A DNA stretch of 64,000 nt from an uncultured Enterobacteriaceae bacterium (GCA_964524005.1 CAZGBK010000001.1:133187-197186), one strand, 5' to 3'. Shown: positions 32,055-44,238, counted from the first letter of the stretch. The notes: a model not told the origin generated them from the sequence alone. Made by a program: numbers and translations.

Positions 32055-33130
32055 TCCTGACCCAGTGGCTGGCGGAAGACATCGGCGCCTTCCGCGTCTT
32101 CAGCTACCTCACGCTGCGCGCCGTGCTGGCCTGTATGACGGCGCTGCTGATCTGCTTCTGGGCGGGGCCGGCGGTGATCCGCAAGCTCGCCGCCATGAAG
32201 TTCGGCCAGGCAGTGCGCGACGACGGCCCGCAGACGCATCTGGTCAAGCAGGGCACGCCGACCATGGGCGGCGCACTGATCCTCATCTCCATCGCTGGCG
32301 CCACCCTGCTCTGGGGCGACCTCTCCAACCGCTTCGTCTGGCTGGTGTTGCTGGTCACGCTGGGCTTCGGACTGGTCGGCTGGGTCGACGACTACCGCAA
32401 GGTGGTCCGACGCGACCCGAAAGGCCTCGCCAGCCGCTGGAAGTTCTTCTGGCAGAGCGTCATCGGCCTGGCCGCGGCAGCCTTCCTCGCCTTCAGCACC
32501 ACATTGCCGGCGCAGACCGAACTGATCGTGCCGTTCTTCAAGAACGTCGCCTACCCGCTTGGTGCCTTTGGCTTCCTCATCCTCACCTACTTCGTCATCG
32601 TCGGCACCAGCAACGCGGTCAACCTCACCGACGGGCTCGACGGCCTGGCGATCATGCCGACGGTGATGGTCGGCAGCGCTCTGGGCGTGTTCGCCTATGT
32701 GGTCGGCAACGCGGTGTTCTCGAAATACCTGGGCTTTCCGTACATTCCGGGCGCTGGCGAGTTGCTGGTGCTGTGTGCGGCGATGGCCGGCGCGGGTCTG
32801 GGCTTTCTGTGGTTCAACGCCTACCCGGCCGAGGTGTTCATGGGCGATGTCGGCGCACTGGCACTGGGCGCCATGCTCGGCACCATGGCCGTCATCGTCC
32901 GGCAAGAGATCGTGCTGTTCATCATGGGTGGCGTGTTCGTCGTCGAGACCCTGTCGGTGATGATCCAGGTCGCCTCCTTCAAGCTGACCGGCAAGCGGGT
33001 GTTCCGGATGGCGCCGCTCCACCACCACTTCGAGCTCGAGGGCTGGAAGGAGACGCAGGTGGTGGTGCGCTTCTGGATCATCACCATGATGCTGGTGCTG
33101 GTCGGCCTCTCCACCCTGAAGCTGAGGTAG
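32045..33130 (+). CDS. mraY: Phospho-N-acetylmuramoyl-pentapeptide transferase
   Basis: 361 aa polytopic membrane protein with [22 protein letters not shown] and HHHFE motifs. Confidence 0.95.
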   Translation: MLLILTQWLAEDIGAFRVFSYLTLRAVLACMTALLICFWAGPAVIRKLAAMKFGQAVRDDGPQTHLVKQGTPTMGGALILISIAGATLLWGDLSNRFVWLVLLVTLGFGLVGWVDDYRKVVRRDPKGLASRWKFFWQSVIGLAAAAFLAFSTTLPAQTELIVPFFKNVAYPLGAFGFLILTYFVIVGTSNAVNLTDGLDGLAIMPTVMVGSALGVFAYVVGNAVFSKYLGFPYIPGAGELLVLCAAMAGAGLGFLWFNAYPAEVFMGDVGALALGAMLGTMAVIVRQEIVLFIMGGVFVVETLSVMIQVASFKLTGKRVFRMAPLHHHFELEGWKETQVVVRFWIITMMLVLVGLSTLKLR

Positions 33131-33133
33131 ACC

Positions 33134-34516
33134 ATGGCACTGCGCGATCAGAACGTCTTGGTGCTGGGGTTGGGCGACACCGGCCTGTCGATGGTGCGTT
33201 GGCTGAAGGGCGCCGGAGCGCGGGTGCGCGTGGCCGACAGCCGTGAGCTGCCACCGCATCTGCCGACGCTCAAGCGGGCCTACCCCGACATCCCGATCGC
33301 CTGCGGACCGTTCCGTGCCGAGAGTTTCGAAGGCATCGATCTGATCGCGCTAAGCCCTGGTGTCGCGCTGGCCGAGCCGCTGGTGCAGACGGCGGTCAGA
33401 CAGGGCGCTCGCGTCACCGGCGACGTCGAGCTGTTCGCCCGCGCCTTGAACCGCTATTTTCCCCGGACTCGAGTGATCGCCATCACTGGCTCGAACGGCA
33501 AGAGCACGGTCACCAGCATGGTGGGCGCGATGTGCCAGAAGGCCGGTTTTCGCACCGTGGTCGCCGGCAATATCGGGCTGCCGGTGCTCGACGCGCTGAA
33601 TCAGGCGATGGCCAGCGGCCAGGCCCCGTCGATCTTCGTGCTCGAACTGTCCAGCTTTCAGCTGGAGACCACCCGCAGCCTGTTCGCCGATGCCGCCACC
33701 GTGCTGAACATCAGCGAAGACCACATGGACCGCTACCCGGACCTCGCCACCTACGCCGCGGTGAAGGCTCGCATCTTCCAGGGCGAGGGTGTCCAGGTGG
33801 TGAACCGCGAGGATGCCTTCAGTGCCAGCATGGCGCAGATCGGCCGGCGGGTCTGGAGCTTTGGCCTCAACCCGCCCGCCAGCAGCCACGATTTTGGCCT
33901 CGCCGACGTCGACGGCGAGCCGGCCCTGACGCAAGGCCCGCGGGTGCTGATGCGCTGCTCCGAGCTGCAGGTACGCGGCCTGCACAACGCGGCGAATGCG
34001 CTGGCCGCTTTCGCCCTGTGCCGCGCGCTCGACCTGCCCGAAGGCCCACTGCTGCAAGCGCTGCGCGATTTCCGCGGGCTGCCACACCGGGTCGAGCCGG
34101 TCGCGGAGGTCGATGGCGTGCTGTACATCGATGATTCAAAGGGCACCAATGTCGGCGCCACAGTGGCGGCGATCGCCGGTGCGGAACGGCCGCTGGTGCT
34201 GATCGCCGGCGGCGACGGCAAGGGGCAGGACTTCTCCCCGCTAGTGACGCCGGTGGCCGAGCGCTGCCGGGCGGTGGTGCTGATCGGCCGCGACGCCGAT
34301 GCCATCGGTGCGGTGCTGCACCCGACTGGCGTGCCGCTTCTGCGGGCTGCCAACCTGCCCGATGCAGTCGCTGCCGCAGCGGGCATCGCCCAGGCTGGCG
34401 ATGCTGTGCTGCTGTCGCCAGCCTGCGCCAGCCTCGACATGTTCCGCAACTACGTGCACCGCGCCCAAGTCTTTGTCGACGCTGTACATGCCCTTCCGGG
34501 GAGCCACGCCGCATGA
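33134..34516 (+). CDS. murD: UDP-N-acetylmuramoylalanine--D-glutamate ligase
   Basis: GLGDTG Rossmann region and ITGSNGKST P-loop. dcw position. Confidence 0.92.
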   Translation: MALRDQNVLVLGLGDTGLSMVRWLKGAGARVRVADSRELPPHLPTLKRAYPDIPIACGPFRAESFEGIDLIALSPGVALAEPLVQTAVRQGARVTGDVELFARALNRYFPRTRVIAITGSNGKSTVTSMVGAMCQKAGFRTVVAGNIGLPVLDALNQAMASGQAPSIFVLELSSFQLETTRSLFADAATVLNISEDHMDRYPDLATYAAVKARIFQGEGVQVVNREDAFSASMAQIGRRVWSFGLNPPASSHDFGLADVDGEPALTQGPRVLMRCSELQVRGLHNAANALAAFALCRALDLPEGPLLQALRDFRGLPHRVEPVAEVDGVLYIDDSKGTNVGATVAAIAGAERPLVLIAGGDGKGQDFSPLVTPVAERCRAVVLIGRDADAIGAVLHPTGVPLLRAANLPDAVAAAAGIAQAGDAVLLSPACASLDMFRNYVHRAQVFVDAVHALPGSHAA

Positions 34517-35664
34517 CCCCACACGCGCGCCGCCTACTGCCGATGTACGACCATGCCCTCCTGCTGGCAGTGGCGGTCATCGCCAGCATCGGCCTGGTGA
34601 TGGTCTTCTCGGCCACCATCACCACCGCCGAACTCGGCCGTGCCACCGGCTACGACCCTTATTTTTACCTGAAACGCCACGCCCTATTCCTGATGCTTGG
34701 GGTGTTGCTCGGGCTCGTCGTGTTTCAGGTCGAGATGCGCACCTGGCAGCGCTACGCCCTGCCGATCTTCCTGGTCTGCGTGGTGTTGCTGATTCTGGTG
34801 CTGATCCCCGGTATCGGGCTCAAGATCAATGGCAGCCGACGTTGGCTGCCGCTGGGTTTGGTCAATCTGCAACCAGCCGAACTGATGAAATTCGCGGTGG
34901 TGCTGTACGCCGCCGACTACACCGTCCGCAAGGCCGCCTTCATGCACAGCTGGACGCGCGGTCTATTTCCACTGGCAGGGGTGATCCTGCTCGCCGGTGG
35001 GCTGATCATCGTTCAGCCAGATCTCGGCTCGTTTGCGGTGATGTGCGCCATCACCGCAGGGATCCTTTGGCTGGGGGGGATGCGAGTCCGCATCTTCCTG
35101 GGCCTGATGGCTCCAGTCGCCATGATGTTCTTTCTACTGATCTGGCTGGTGCCGTATCGCATGGCGCGGCTGGTGACCTTCATGAACCCCTGGGACAAAC
35201 CGCTCGCAGAGGGTTACCAGCTGACCCATTCGCTGATGGCATTCGGCCGGGGCGAATGGTTTGGAGCAGGTCTGGGTGCCGGCATGGAAAAACAGGGCTA
35301 TCTACCCGAGGCACACAACGACTTTCTGATGGCGGTGGTCGGGGAGGAACTGGGCTTTTTCGGCGTCACCGGCCTGCTCATCCTGTTTGCCTGGCTCACT
35401 TGGCGCGCCTTCCTCATCGGACGTCAAGCGATCGCGCTTGACCGTTGCTTTGCCGCGCTGGTGGCACAAGGCATCGGCATCTGGCTGGCAACGCAAGCGG
35501 TGATCCACGCCGGAGTGAGCATGGGCGCCCTGCCGACCAAAGGCCTGACTCTGCCGCTGATGAGCTACGGTGGCAGCGCGCTAATCACCATCTGTCTGGC
35601 GATTGCCATCCTGCTTCGGGTCGACTTCGAGAATCGCCTGCTGATGCGGGGGAAACCCATCTAA
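34513..35664 (+). CDS. ftsW: Peptidoglycan glycosyltransferase FtsW (SEDS family)
   Basis: 383 aa, 10-TM SEDS protein (RWL.LG..NLQP.E..K, PEAHNDF). dcw position. Confidence 0.92.
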   Translation: MTPHARRLLPMYDHALLLAVAVIASIGLVMVFSATITTAELGRATGYDPYFYLKRHALFLMLGVLLGLVVFQVEMRTWQRYALPIFLVCVVLLILVLIPGIGLKINGSRRWLPLGLVNLQPAELMKFAVVLYAADYTVRKAAFMHSWTRGLFPLAGVILLAGGLIIVQPDLGSFAVMCAITAGILWLGGMRVRIFLGLMAPVAMMFFLLIWLVPYRMARLVTFMNPWDKPLAEGYQLTHSLMAFGRGEWFGAGLGAGMEKQGYLPEAHNDFLMAVVGEELGFFGVTGLLILFAWLTWRAFLIGRQAIALDRCFAALVAQGIGIWLATQAVIHAGVSMGALPTKGLTLPLMSYGGSALITICLAIAILLRVDFENRLLMRGKPI

Positions 35665-36785
35665 TGGCCGGCACACCCTTCATGGTCATGGCCGGCGGCA
35701 CTGGCGGACACGTGTTCCCCGCACTGGCAGTCGCCAATGCGCTGCGCGAGGCCGGCCACGAGGTGGTCTGGCTGGGCAGCCGCAACGGCATGGAGCAGCG
35801 CATCGTGGCCGAGGCCGGTTACCCCGGCGTCTGGGTCGGCATCGGTGGTCTGCGCGGCAAGGGCCTGCTGACGCAGTTGTTGTTCCCGCTGCGCCTGCTC
35901 TGGGCCTGCGTGCAGGCGGCGCGGGGCATCCTGCGCTACCAGCCGAAGGTACTGATCGGTTTCGGTGGCTTTGCCGCCTTCCCCGGCGCACTGATGGGTG
36001 TGTTGCTCGGCCGCAAGCTCGTCATCCACGAACAGAACGCGGTGGCCGGCCTGACCAACCGCGTGCTGGCGAGCTTGGCTGACGCTGTGCTGACCGGGTT
36101 CCCCGACCCGTTCGCCATGCCGAGTGCGTCGCCGCTGGCACGGCCCTGGCCGCAGCCGAAGACCAGCCGGTGGGTCGGTAACCCGGTGCGCGCCTCGATT
36201 CTTGGGATGGGCGACCCGCAAGAACGCTTTGACGAGCGCGGTAGCGGCCGCCTGCGCATCCTGGTCGTAGGCGGCAGCTTGGGGGCCTTGGCAATCAACC
36301 AGGTACTGCCGGAAGCGCTGGCATTGATCCCACCCGAGCGTCGGCCGTTCATCTTCCATCAGTCAGGCGAGCGCCACATCGAGGCGCTGCGCGACGCTTA
36401 CGAAGCGGCCGGCGTGATGGCGAGCTGCACGCCCTTCATCCGCGATATGGCCACCCAGTACGCGATGGCCGATCTGGTCATCTGCCGCGCCGGTGCGCTG
36501 ACCCTCGCCGAGCTGGCCGTGGTCGGCGTTGGCGCTTTACTGGTGCCCTTCCCTTTCGCAGTCGACGACCACCAGACCGCGAACGCGCGCCTGCTTGCCG
36601 ACGCCGGTGCGGCGGTGCTGCTACCCCAGACGCAGCTCACACCCACACACTTGGCCCAGGTCTTGGAGTCGCTCGACCGCACCCATCTGGCGCAGATGGC
36701 GGTGCGGGCACGCAGCTTGGCGCGTCCGCAAGCCACGCGGATGGTGGCGGAGGCGTGCCTCGAAATGGCGGGTCTGAGGACATGA
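35664..36785 (+). CDS. murG: UDP-N-acetylglucosamine--N-acetylmuramyl-(pentapeptide) pyrophosphoryl-undecaprenol GlcNAc transferase
   Basis: [16 protein letters not shown]-terminus. ATG 35664 overlaps the ftsW stop (TAATG); the ORF extends upstream to 35445. Confidence 0.93.
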   Translation: MAGTPFMVMAGGTGGHVFPALAVANALREAGHEVVWLGSRNGMEQRIVAEAGYPGVWVGIGGLRGKGLLTQLLFPLRLLWACVQAARGILRYQPKVLIGFGGFAAFPGALMGVLLGRKLVIHEQNAVAGLTNRVLASLADAVLTGFPDPFAMPSASPLARPWPQPKTSRWVGNPVRASILGMGDPQERFDERGSGRLRILVVGGSLGALAINQVLPEALALIPPERRPFIFHQSGERHIEALRDAYEAAGVMASCTPFIRDMATQYAMADLVICRAGALTLAELAVVGVGALLVPFPFAVDDHQTANARLLADAGAAVLLPQTQLTPTHLAQVLESLDRTHLAQMAVRARSLARPQATRMVAEACLEMAGLRT

Positions 36786-38179
36786 GACACCGTATCCGGC
36801 ATATCCACTTCGTTGGGATCGGCGGTACCGGCATGAACGGGATCGCCGAGGTCCTGTTTAACCTGGGCTACTCGGTGAGCGGCTCCGACCTCGCCGACAA
36901 TGCAACGACCCGGCGCCTGGCCGGCCTGGGCATCCGCATTCACCAAGGCCACGCAGCCGAACACATCCAAGGTGCCGATGCCGTGGTGGTGTCGACGGCG
37001 GTCGGTGCTGATAACCCCGAAGTCACCGCCGCCCATACCCGTCACGTGCCAGTGGTACCGCGCGCACTGATGCTCGCTGAGCTGATGCGCTTGAAGCAGG
37101 GCATCGCGGTAGCAGGTACGCACGGCAAAACCACCACCACCAGCCTCATAGCCAGCGTGCTGGCGGCAGGCGGGCTCGATCCGACCTTCGTGATCGGCGG
37201 CCGACTGAACGCCGCGCGCGCCAGCGCCGGCCTGGGCCAGGGCGACTGGTTGGTCGCCGAAGCCGACGAATCTGACGCCAGCTTTCTGCATCTGACGCCG
37301 GTGATCAGCGTGGTTACCAATATCGACCAGGACCACATGGACACCTACGGCCACGACTTCGGCCGGGTACGCCAGACCTTCCTGGATTTTCTGCAATGCC
37401 TGCCGTTCTACGGCGTGGCAGTTCTATGCATCGACGACCCGGTGGTCGCCGACCTGGCGCCAACCGTCGGCAAGACTGTCGTCTCGTATGGACTGTCGGA
37501 AACGGCCGCATTCCGCGCCATCAATGTGCGCCACGCAGCAGGACGCATGCATTTCACAGTGCAACGCCGCAATGGCAGCCCGTTAGCCGACCTCGAAGTC
37601 ACGCTCAACCTGCCGGGCGAGCACAACGTGCGCAACGCGCTTGCCGCGATCGCGGTCGGTACCGAGCTCGATGTGCCCGATGCCGCGATGGTCGAGGCTT
37701 TGGCCTCCTTCCAAGGCGTCGGGCGCCGCTTCGCGCGGCTCGGCGACATCGCGCTGGCCACTGGCGGAAGCTTTACCCTGGTCGACGACTATGGCCACCA
37801 TCCGGCCGAGATCGCCGCGACGCTGGCCGCTGCCCGCGGGGCTTTCCCCGGGCGGCGTATCGTGCTCGCCTTCCAGCCACACCGCTACAGCCGCACACGC
37901 GACCTGTTCGAGGATTTCGTGCGGGTGCTGGGAGAAGCGGACGTGCTGCTGCTGACCGACGTCTACGCCGCCGGCGAAACGCCGCTGGTGGCTGCCGATG
38001 GCCGCGCCCTGAGCCGCGCCATCCGCGTCCAAGGTCGTGTCGAGCCGGTGTTCGTCGAGCAGATCGCAGCGCTTGCCGGCGTCTGCCGCCAACATCTGCG
38101 CGACGGCGACGTGCTGCTGACCATGGGCGCCGGATCCATCAGCCAGGTGGCGCCGCTGCTCGCTGGAGGTGCAGCATGA
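36782..38179 (+). CDS. murC: UDP-N-acetylmuramate--L-alanine ligase
   Basis: [18 protein letters not shown] and [13 protein letters not shown] 36782 overlaps the murG stop (ATGA). Confidence 0.93.
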   Translation: MRHRIRHIHFVGIGGTGMNGIAEVLFNLGYSVSGSDLADNATTRRLAGLGIRIHQGHAAEHIQGADAVVVSTAVGADNPEVTAAHTRHVPVVPRALMLAELMRLKQGIAVAGTHGKTTTTSLIASVLAAGGLDPTFVIGGRLNAARASAGLGQGDWLVAEADESDASFLHLTPVISVVTNIDQDHMDTYGHDFGRVRQTFLDFLQCLPFYGVAVLCIDDPVVADLAPTVGKTVVSYGLSETAAFRAINVRHAAGRMHFTVQRRNGSPLADLEVTLNLPGEHNVRNALAAIAVGTELDVPDAAMVEALASFQGVGRRFARLGDIALATGGSFTLVDDYGHHPAEIAATLAAARGAFPGRRIVLAFQPHRYSRTRDLFEDFVRVLGEADVLLLTDVYAAGETPLVAADGRALSRAIRVQGRVEPVFVEQIAALAGVCRQHLRDGDVLLTMGAGSISQVAPLLAGGAA

Positions 38180-39093
38180 GCCGCTTCGGCAAGGTCGCCG
38201 TGATGTTCGGCGGGCGCTCGGCCGAGCGCGAGATCTCGATCCTGAGCGGCAGCGCGGTGCTCGCCGCGCTGCAAGGCCAGGGCATCGATGCGCACCGCTT
38301 CGACCCGGCCGAGAAGCCGCTCACCGCACTGCTCGACGAGGGCTACCAGCGCGTCTTCATCGCCCTGCATGGCCGTTTTGGCGAGGACGGCACGCTGCAG
38401 GGTGCGCTCGAGGCCTTTGGCATGCCCTACACCGGCTCAGGCGTGCTCGGCTCGGCGCTGGCCATGGACAAGTGGCGCACCAAGCTGGTCTGGCAGCAGT
38501 CGGGCATCCCGGTCGCCGATGGCATCGAGCTCACACCGGACATCACGCCGCAGCAGGTACTGGGGCGACTCGGCCCGGACATGATGATCAAAGCCGCGCG
38601 CGAGGGATCGTCGATCGGCATCACCAAGATACTGGGCGGCGATGCGGCTGCGATTCGTGCCGCATGGGACGAGGCGCTGCGCCACGACAGCATCGTGCTG
38701 GCCGAGCGCTTTGTTCAGGGCGGCGAATACACCTGCGCAGTGCTCGGCGACCGCGCCCTGCCAATGGTCCGCATCGTCCCGCCGCAGGGTAACTATGACT
38801 ACCAGAACAAGTACTTCAGCGACGACACGCAGTACTTCTGCCCGGCCGGGCTGGAGCCTGCCCTGGAGGCACGCATCCAGGCGCTGACCCTGCGCGCATT
38901 CCGCGCGCTCGACTGCCGCGGCTGGGGCCGCGCCGACATCATCGTCACGCCCGCCGGCGAGCCGGTGTTCCTCGAGATGAACACCAGCCCGGGCATGACC
39001 GGACACTCGCTGGTGCCGATGGCCGCCAAGGCCGCCGGCATCCCCTTCGAACAACTGGTGGTCGAGATCCTGGAGCGCGCCCATGCTGGATAG
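38176..39093 (+). CDS. ddl: D-alanine--D-alanine ligase
   Basis: [21 protein letters not shown]-terminus and ATP-grasp C-terminus (EMNTSPGMT). ATG 38176 overlaps the murC stop. Confidence 0.93.
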   Translation: MSRFGKVAVMFGGRSAEREISILSGSAVLAALQGQGIDAHRFDPAEKPLTALLDEGYQRVFIALHGRFGEDGTLQGALEAFGMPYTGSGVLGSALAMDKWRTKLVWQQSGIPVADGIELTPDITPQQVLGRLGPDMMIKAAREGSSIGITKILGGDAAAIRAAWDEALRHDSIVLAERFVQGGEYTCAVLGDRALPMVRIVPPQGNYDYQNKYFSDDTQYFCPAGLEPALEARIQALTLRAFRALDCRGWGRADIIVTPAGEPVFLEMNTSPGMTGHSLVPMAAKAAGIPFEQLVVEILERAHAG

Positions 39094-39910
39094 AGCACGG
39101 TCGGTCCGCGCCCTGCCCGACAGCCTGGTCACCGCGACCGCAGCGGAAAAACGACTATGGGACAAGCCGCAGTCGCTCGACCGGGTCACCGCTGGGCTGC
39201 TTGCCTTCACCGCTGCGGCAGTGGTCTATGGCGGGCTGTACTGGTTGGTACATCAGCCCTTGCTGCCGGTGACTCGCGTCGAATTCACCCACCCCCTGCA
39301 GCAGGTGACGGCACGTCAGGTCGAAGACGTCGTGCGCAACGAACTGCGCGGCAACTTTCTGACGCTGGACCTGCGTCAGGCGCAGTCGGCATTTGCTCGC
39401 CTGCCATGGGCGCGGACAGCCACGCTGCAGCGGGTGTGGCCGAATACACTGCGCGTGACGCTGGAAGAGCACGAAGCGCTGGCGGTGTGGCAAAGCGGCG
39501 GCCTGGTCAACCGCCAGGGAGAGCTGTTCCAGGGGGCAACTGACGCCCAACTGCCCGTCTTCTCTGGACCAGAAGACGCCAGCGCACAGGTCCTCGAGAC
39601 CTTCTTGGCGGTCAACCAGCGACTTGCTCCGGTGGGCCTGCACGCCCGCGCGGTGCATCTCTCGCCGCGCCACGCCCTGCGTGTCGATCTTAGCGATGGC
39701 CCGCGCATCGAGATGGCACCGACCGGGGCACTGACCCAGCTCGAACGGTTTATCGGCGTCTATCCCGACCACATCGCGGCGCTATTGCCGCGCATCAGTC
39801 ATATCGACCTGCGTTATCGCAACGGCTTTGCGCTGCGAAGTCGCGACGGCAAACCCCTCCCCGCCACTCCCGGCACCCGTAACCAGACCAGCACCACAGG
39901 ACGCGCATGA
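39083..39910 (+). CDS. ftsQ: Cell division protein FtsQ
   Basis: 275 aa, single TM helix then POTRA-like region. Lies between ddl and ftsA. Confidence 0.85.
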   Translation: MLDRARSVRALPDSLVTATAAEKRLWDKPQSLDRVTAGLLAFTAAAVVYGGLYWLVHQPLLPVTRVEFTHPLQQVTARQVEDVVRNELRGNFLTLDLRQAQSAFARLPWARTATLQRVWPNTLRVTLEEHEALAVWQSGGLVNRQGELFQGATDAQLPVFSGPEDASAQVLETFLAVNQRLAPVGLHARAVHLSPRHALRVDLSDGPRIEMAPTGALTQLERFIGVYPDHIAALLPRISHIDLRYRNGFALRSRDGKPLPATPGTRNQTSTTGRA

Positions 39911-41142
39911 AACCGGCCAAGGACACACCTCACATCGTCGGACTCGACATCGGCACCTCGAAGATCGTGGTCGTGGTGGCAATGGTCACCGCCGAAGACC
40001 AGCTCGAAGTGATCGGCGTCGGTTCGGCACCATCGCGAGGCTTGAAGAAAGGTGTGGTGGTCAATATCGAAGCCACTGTCAACGCCATCCAGGCGGCACT
40101 GGCCGAAGCCGAGCTTATGGCCAACTGCAAGATCAGCAGGGTCTACGCTGGCATCGCGGGCAGCCACATCAAGAGCTTCAACTCACACGGGATGGTCGCC
40201 GTGCGCGACCACGAGGTCAGCCAGACCGACGTCGAGAACGTGTTGCGCACGGCGCGGGCCGTGGCGATCCCATCTGATCAGCAGGTGCTGCATACCCTTA
40301 CCCAGGAATTCATCATTGACGACCAAGGCGACGTGCGCGAGCCGGTCGGCATGAGCGGCGTGCGGCTCGAGGTGAAGGTCCACATGGTGACCGGCGCGGT
40401 CAGCGCTGCCGAGAACATCATCAAGTGCGTGCGGCGTTGCGGGCTGGAGGTCGAGGAACTGGTGCTGCAGCCGATCGCTTCGGCGCAAGCAGTGCTCGAC
40501 GAAGACGAGCGCGACCTCGGCGTGGTGATGATCGACATCGGCGGCGGCACCACCGACATCGCCGTCTACACCGGCGGCGCGATCCGTCACACCGCCGTGA
40601 TTCCGATCGCTGGCGACCAGATCACCAACGACATCGCTATGGCCTTGCGCACCCCGACCAAAGATGCCGAGGACCTAAAGCAACAGCATGGCTGCGCGCT
40701 GCGCCAACTGGCCGGTAACGAGCAGCTGATCGAAGTGCCCGGGGTGGGTGACCGGCCACCGCGGCAGATGTCCCGCCAGACCCTGGCCGAAGTCATCGAA
40801 CCTCGCATCGACGAACTCTTCGCCCTGGTGCAAGCCGAGCTGCGGCGATCCGGTTTTGCCGAGATGCTGTCCTCGGGCGTCGTCCTGACTGGGGGCTGCA
40901 GCGCCATGCCTGGCATGGTCGAGCTTGGCGAAGAGGTGTTTCACATGCCGGTGCGTATCGGCTCGCCCCTTTACCGCGGTGGTCTCGCTGACTTTGTCCG
41001 CCACCCTCGCTACGCCACCTCGATCGGCTTGATCGGCGTGGGCTTCGAGGCTTGGCAGAAGAGCCGATTCGAGCGCCTTCGCGCCGGACCGATCCGCGGC
41101 GTGCTCGAGCGCATGAACACCTGGATCCGCGGCAACTTCTGA
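39907..41142 (+). CDS. ftsA: Cell division protein FtsA
   Basis: Actin-like ATPase ([25 protein letters not shown]) with a C-terminal amphipathic helix. Confidence 0.95.
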   Translation: MKPAKDTPHIVGLDIGTSKIVVVVAMVTAEDQLEVIGVGSAPSRGLKKGVVVNIEATVNAIQAALAEAELMANCKISRVYAGIAGSHIKSFNSHGMVAVRDHEVSQTDVENVLRTARAVAIPSDQQVLHTLTQEFIIDDQGDVREPVGMSGVRLEVKVHMVTGAVSAAENIIKCVRRCGLEVEELVLQPIASAQAVLDEDERDLGVVMIDIGGGTTDIAVYTGGAIRHTAVIPIAGDQITNDIAMALRTPTKDAEDLKQQHGCALRQLAGNEQLIEVPGVGDRPPRQMSRQTLAEVIEPRIDELFALVQAELRRSGFAEMLSSGVVLTGGCSAMPGMVELGEEVFHMPVRIGSPLYRGGLADFVRHPRYATSIGLIGVGFEAWQKSRFERLRAGPIRGVLERMNTWIRGNF

Positions 41143-41342
41143 CACGGAGCACACAGCGCATGGACGAACACCTGCTCAACCGACCCGATTCTTATCAAGC
41201 CGAGGGCGACCAACGACAGTTGGACTTCCTTGGCCCCGAGCCCGCCGTGACCGCCCAACCGGTCGATCTCGGCATGCAATCCACCCCCAGTGATATGCCC
41301 GACATGCCTGCCAACGGCACACCCAGCAAGGAGACCGCAACC

Positions 41343-42509
41343 ATGTTTGAAGTGATTGAAGAAACGACCCACCAAGGTGCAGTGATCAAGGTGATCGGCG
41401 TCGGTGGTTGCGGCGGCAACGCCGTCGACCACATGATCGAGCGCGGCGTGCAAGGCGTCGAGTTCATCTGCGCCAACACCGACCAAAAAGCCCTTGTTCG
41501 CACTCAGGCCAGCGTGCAACTGGCGCTTGGCGAAAAGCTGACCAAGGGCCTCGGCGCCGGCGCCAACCCAGACGTTGGACGCAGTGCTGCACTGGAGGAC
41601 CGGGAGCGCATCGAGCAGACAATCGCTGGCGCCGACATGCTGTTCATCACCGCCGGCATGGGTGGCGGCACCGGCACCGGGGCAGCCCCGGTGGTCGCGC
41701 AGATCGCCCGCGAACTGGGTATCTTGACGGTCGCCGTCGTCACCAAGCCGTTCGCCTTTGAAGGCAAGCGCATGCGCGCCGCGCAAGAAGGCATCGCCGA
41801 GCTGTCGGAACACGTTGATTCGGTCATCGTCATCCCCAACGAGAAGCTGATGGGGGTGCTGGGCGGCGATGTCTCGATGCTCGAGGCCTTCCGCGCTGCC
41901 AACGATGTGCTGCATGGAGCCGTTGCCGGGATTGCCGAGGTCATCAACAGCCCGGGCATGATCGGCGTCGACTTCGCCGACGTGAAGACGGTCATGGGTG
42001 AGATGGGCATGGCGATGATGGGCTCGGCCGCCGCCAGCGGCATCGACCGCGCTCGCCTGGCGGCCGATGCCGCTGTAGCGAGCCCCCTGCTCGAGGACAT
42101 CGAACTGCGCGGTGCTCGTGGCGTACTGGTCAATATCACCGCCGATAGCCGCCTGCGTCTGTCCGAGATCGACGAGATCATGGCCACTGTCCGCGCCTAC
42201 ACCGCCGAAGACGCCACGGTCATCTTCGGCACCGCGATCGACGAGTCGATGGGCGACGAGCTGCGTGTCACCGTGGTCGCCACCGGACTGGGCCAGCCGG
42301 TCGCTCGCGCGCAACCGAAGCCGTTCACCGTGGTGTCACAACCGATGGCACGCACGGGCACCGACGATGCGTTTGGGGCAATCGCCGACGACGATGCCAT
42401 GCCGGGTGTGTTCCTGAGCGGACGCAGTGGTCCACGCCGCAACCTGGAAGAGCACAGCATGGACCAGCTCGCAGAGATCCCGGCTTTCCTGCGCCGCCAG
42501 GCCGACTAA
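41343..42509 (+). CDS. ftsZ: Cell division GTPase FtsZ
   Basis: Tubulin signature [24 protein letters not shown]-terminal peptide [10 protein letters not shown]. Start chosen at ATG 41343 (SD AAGGAGA 7 nt upstream). An in-frame ATG at 41160 would add 61 aa; see findings. Confidence 0.9.
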   Translation: MFEVIEETTHQGAVIKVIGVGGCGGNAVDHMIERGVQGVEFICANTDQKALVRTQASVQLALGEKLTKGLGAGANPDVGRSAALEDRERIEQTIAGADMLFITAGMGGGTGTGAAPVVAQIARELGILTVAVVTKPFAFEGKRMRAAQEGIAELSEHVDSVIVIPNEKLMGVLGGDVSMLEAFRAANDVLHGAVAGIAEVINSPGMIGVDFADVKTVMGEMGMAMMGSAAASGIDRARLAADAAVASPLLEDIELRGARGVLVNITADSRLRLSEIDEIMATVRAYTAEDATVIFGTAIDESMGDELRVTVVATGLGQPVARAQPKPFTVVSQPMARTGTDDAFGAIADDDAMPGVFLSGRSGPRRNLEEHSMDQLAEIPAFLRRQAD

Positions 42510-42647
42510 GCCGGGGCCGCGCAGTGTGGTCGAGGCCCGCACGCATGATCTGTCCAGCACTCGGGGCCCGATGTTGCATCGCAACATCGGCATCGACGCC
42601 TGGCGGTCGCGGGTTTAGAATTCGCCCATCAAGACTTGGACATCGCG

Positions 42648-43565
42648 ATGCTCTTCCAGCGCACCATTAGCCAGCCGATCCGCGCTACCGGCGTCGGCCT
42701 GCATTCCGGCAAGAAAGTCGAGCTGACCTTGCGTCCGGCACCGCCGGACCACGGCATCGTGTTTCGACGTAGCGACCTGGACCCGCCGGTGACCTTTGCC
42801 GCAGACGCGCACCTGGTACACGACACCCGCATGTGCACCGCCCTGGAATGCGATGGCGCGCGCGTAGGTACGGTCGAGCATCTGCTCAGTGCGGTGGCTG
42901 GGCTGGGCATCGACAATCTGCTTATCGAGTTGACTGCACCCGAGGTGCCGATCATGGATGGCAGCTCTGCGCCTTTCGTCTTCCTGCTGCAGTCGGCCGG
43001 CTTGCTGGAGCAAGATGCGCTAAAGCGCTACATCCGCGTGTTGAAGACACTGCGTCTGGAAGACGGCGACAAGTGGGTGCAGTTCGAGCCGTACGATGGC
43101 TTCCGCATCTCGCTGAGTATCGATTTCCGCCATCCGGCAACGGCCGGGGAGTCAGGTGCGGTCACCATCGATTTCGCCGAGCATTCGTACATCCGCGATG
43201 TCAGCCGGGCTCGCACCTTCGGCTTCATGCACGAGGTCGAGGCGCTGCGTGCACATGGCCTGGCGCTGGGCGGCAGCCTCGACAACGCCATCGTCATGGA
43301 CGAATTCCGTGTGCTCAACCACGACGGCCTGCGGAGCCACGACGAGCTGGTGCGCCACAAGGTGCTCGACGCCGTCGGCGACCTTTACCTTGCTGGCCAT
43401 CCGATCATCGGTGCCTTCACCGGCCACAAAAGCGGTCATGCATTGAACAACGCACTGGTCCGCGCCTTGCTGGACGACCCGGACGCCCATGAGCTCGTCA
43501 GCTTCGAGCGGCCCGAGGATCTGCCAACAGCATTCACGCCACTGCCAGCGCAAGAAGCCGCTTAA
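42648..43565 (+). CDS. lpxC: UDP-3-O-acyl-N-acetylglucosamine deacetylase
   Basis: MLFQRTI...[20 protein letters not shown] aligns with the E. coli LpxC N-terminus; also contains the HKSGHALNN motif. The ORF begins 12 nt earlier, at 42636. Confidence 0.93.
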   Translation: MLFQRTISQPIRATGVGLHSGKKVELTLRPAPPDHGIVFRRSDLDPPVTFAADAHLVHDTRMCTALECDGARVGTVEHLLSAVAGLGIDNLLIELTAPEVPIMDGSSAPFVFLLQSAGLLEQDALKRYIRVLKTLRLEDGDKWVQFEPYDGFRISLSIDFRHPATAGESGAVTIDFAEHSYIRDVSRARTFGFMHEVEALRAHGLALGGSLDNAIVMDEFRVLNHDGLRSHDELVRHKVLDAVGDLYLAGHPIIGAFTGHKSGHALNNALVRALLDDPDAHELVSFERPEDLPTAFTPLPAQEAA

Positions 43566-43571
43566 ATCCCC

Positions 43572-44114
43572 TCAGGGGTTGCGACTGCGACCGCGCTGCT
43601 CGCTCGTCTGGGGAGCCTGTTCGCCGGTCCAACGATCCGCTGGGCTTGCCGCTTCGCTGGCGCCTGACGCCGCGCGCTCCAACAGGCTGGCCACCGCATC
43701 GCGCAGACCGCCCTCCGGCAGGCGCTGCTGCAGTGCCGTCAGGCTGCGCTGGGCAGCGGCTGCCAACCGCGGTACCCGGCGTGGCCGCTGTGCGGGCAAG
43801 CTCAATCGGCTGGGAGTGGCAACCTTCACCTTCACTGCATCGACAGCCAAGCCTCGCTCGGACAGACCGCGCCGCACCCGTGCCTGCACCTGCCGCAACC
43901 GCGTGGCCACTGCCGGGGAGTCGGCGCGCAACAGCAAGGTACCGGCCTCGAGCCGCACCGGATGCACGGCAGTCAGAATGTCCAGCGGCAGCAAGTCGAA
44001 CAACGCCGCCTCGCAAGCACGCAACGCGACGCGTCCCTGGAGCAGCGTGCCCATTGGGGTGTCGTCAAGCAACGAAGACAGCGGCAGCAAACCGCGCGAA
44101 CAGGTCTCGGTCAT
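43572..44114 (-). CDS. DUF721/DciA-like protein
   Basis: 180 aa. The N-terminal part resembles the DUF721 pattern (V.LE.GTLLLRADS.AVATRLR). DUF721 genes commonly sit just after lpxC in beta/gammaproteobacteria. The assignment comes from pattern and context only. Confidence 0.45.
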   Translation of the reverse strand: MTETCSRGLLPLSSLLDDTPMGTLLQGRVALRACEAALFDLLPLDILTAVHPVRLEAGTLLLRADSPAVATRLRQVQARVRRGLSERGLAVDAVKVKVATPSRLSLPAQRPRRVPRLAAAAQRSLTALQQRLPEGGLRDAVASLLERAASGASEAASPADRWTGEQAPQTSEQRGRSRNP

Positions 44115-44238
44115 CGTGCGTATGAGTTTTTGATTGCCTCTCGGGGGGTCTTGTCGCGCGCCATGGGTGCAGCGACAAGTCGCATATCACTGCGGTCAGA
44201 ACCCTGATCTACCACCCCGTCATGGTACGCTCAAGCAC

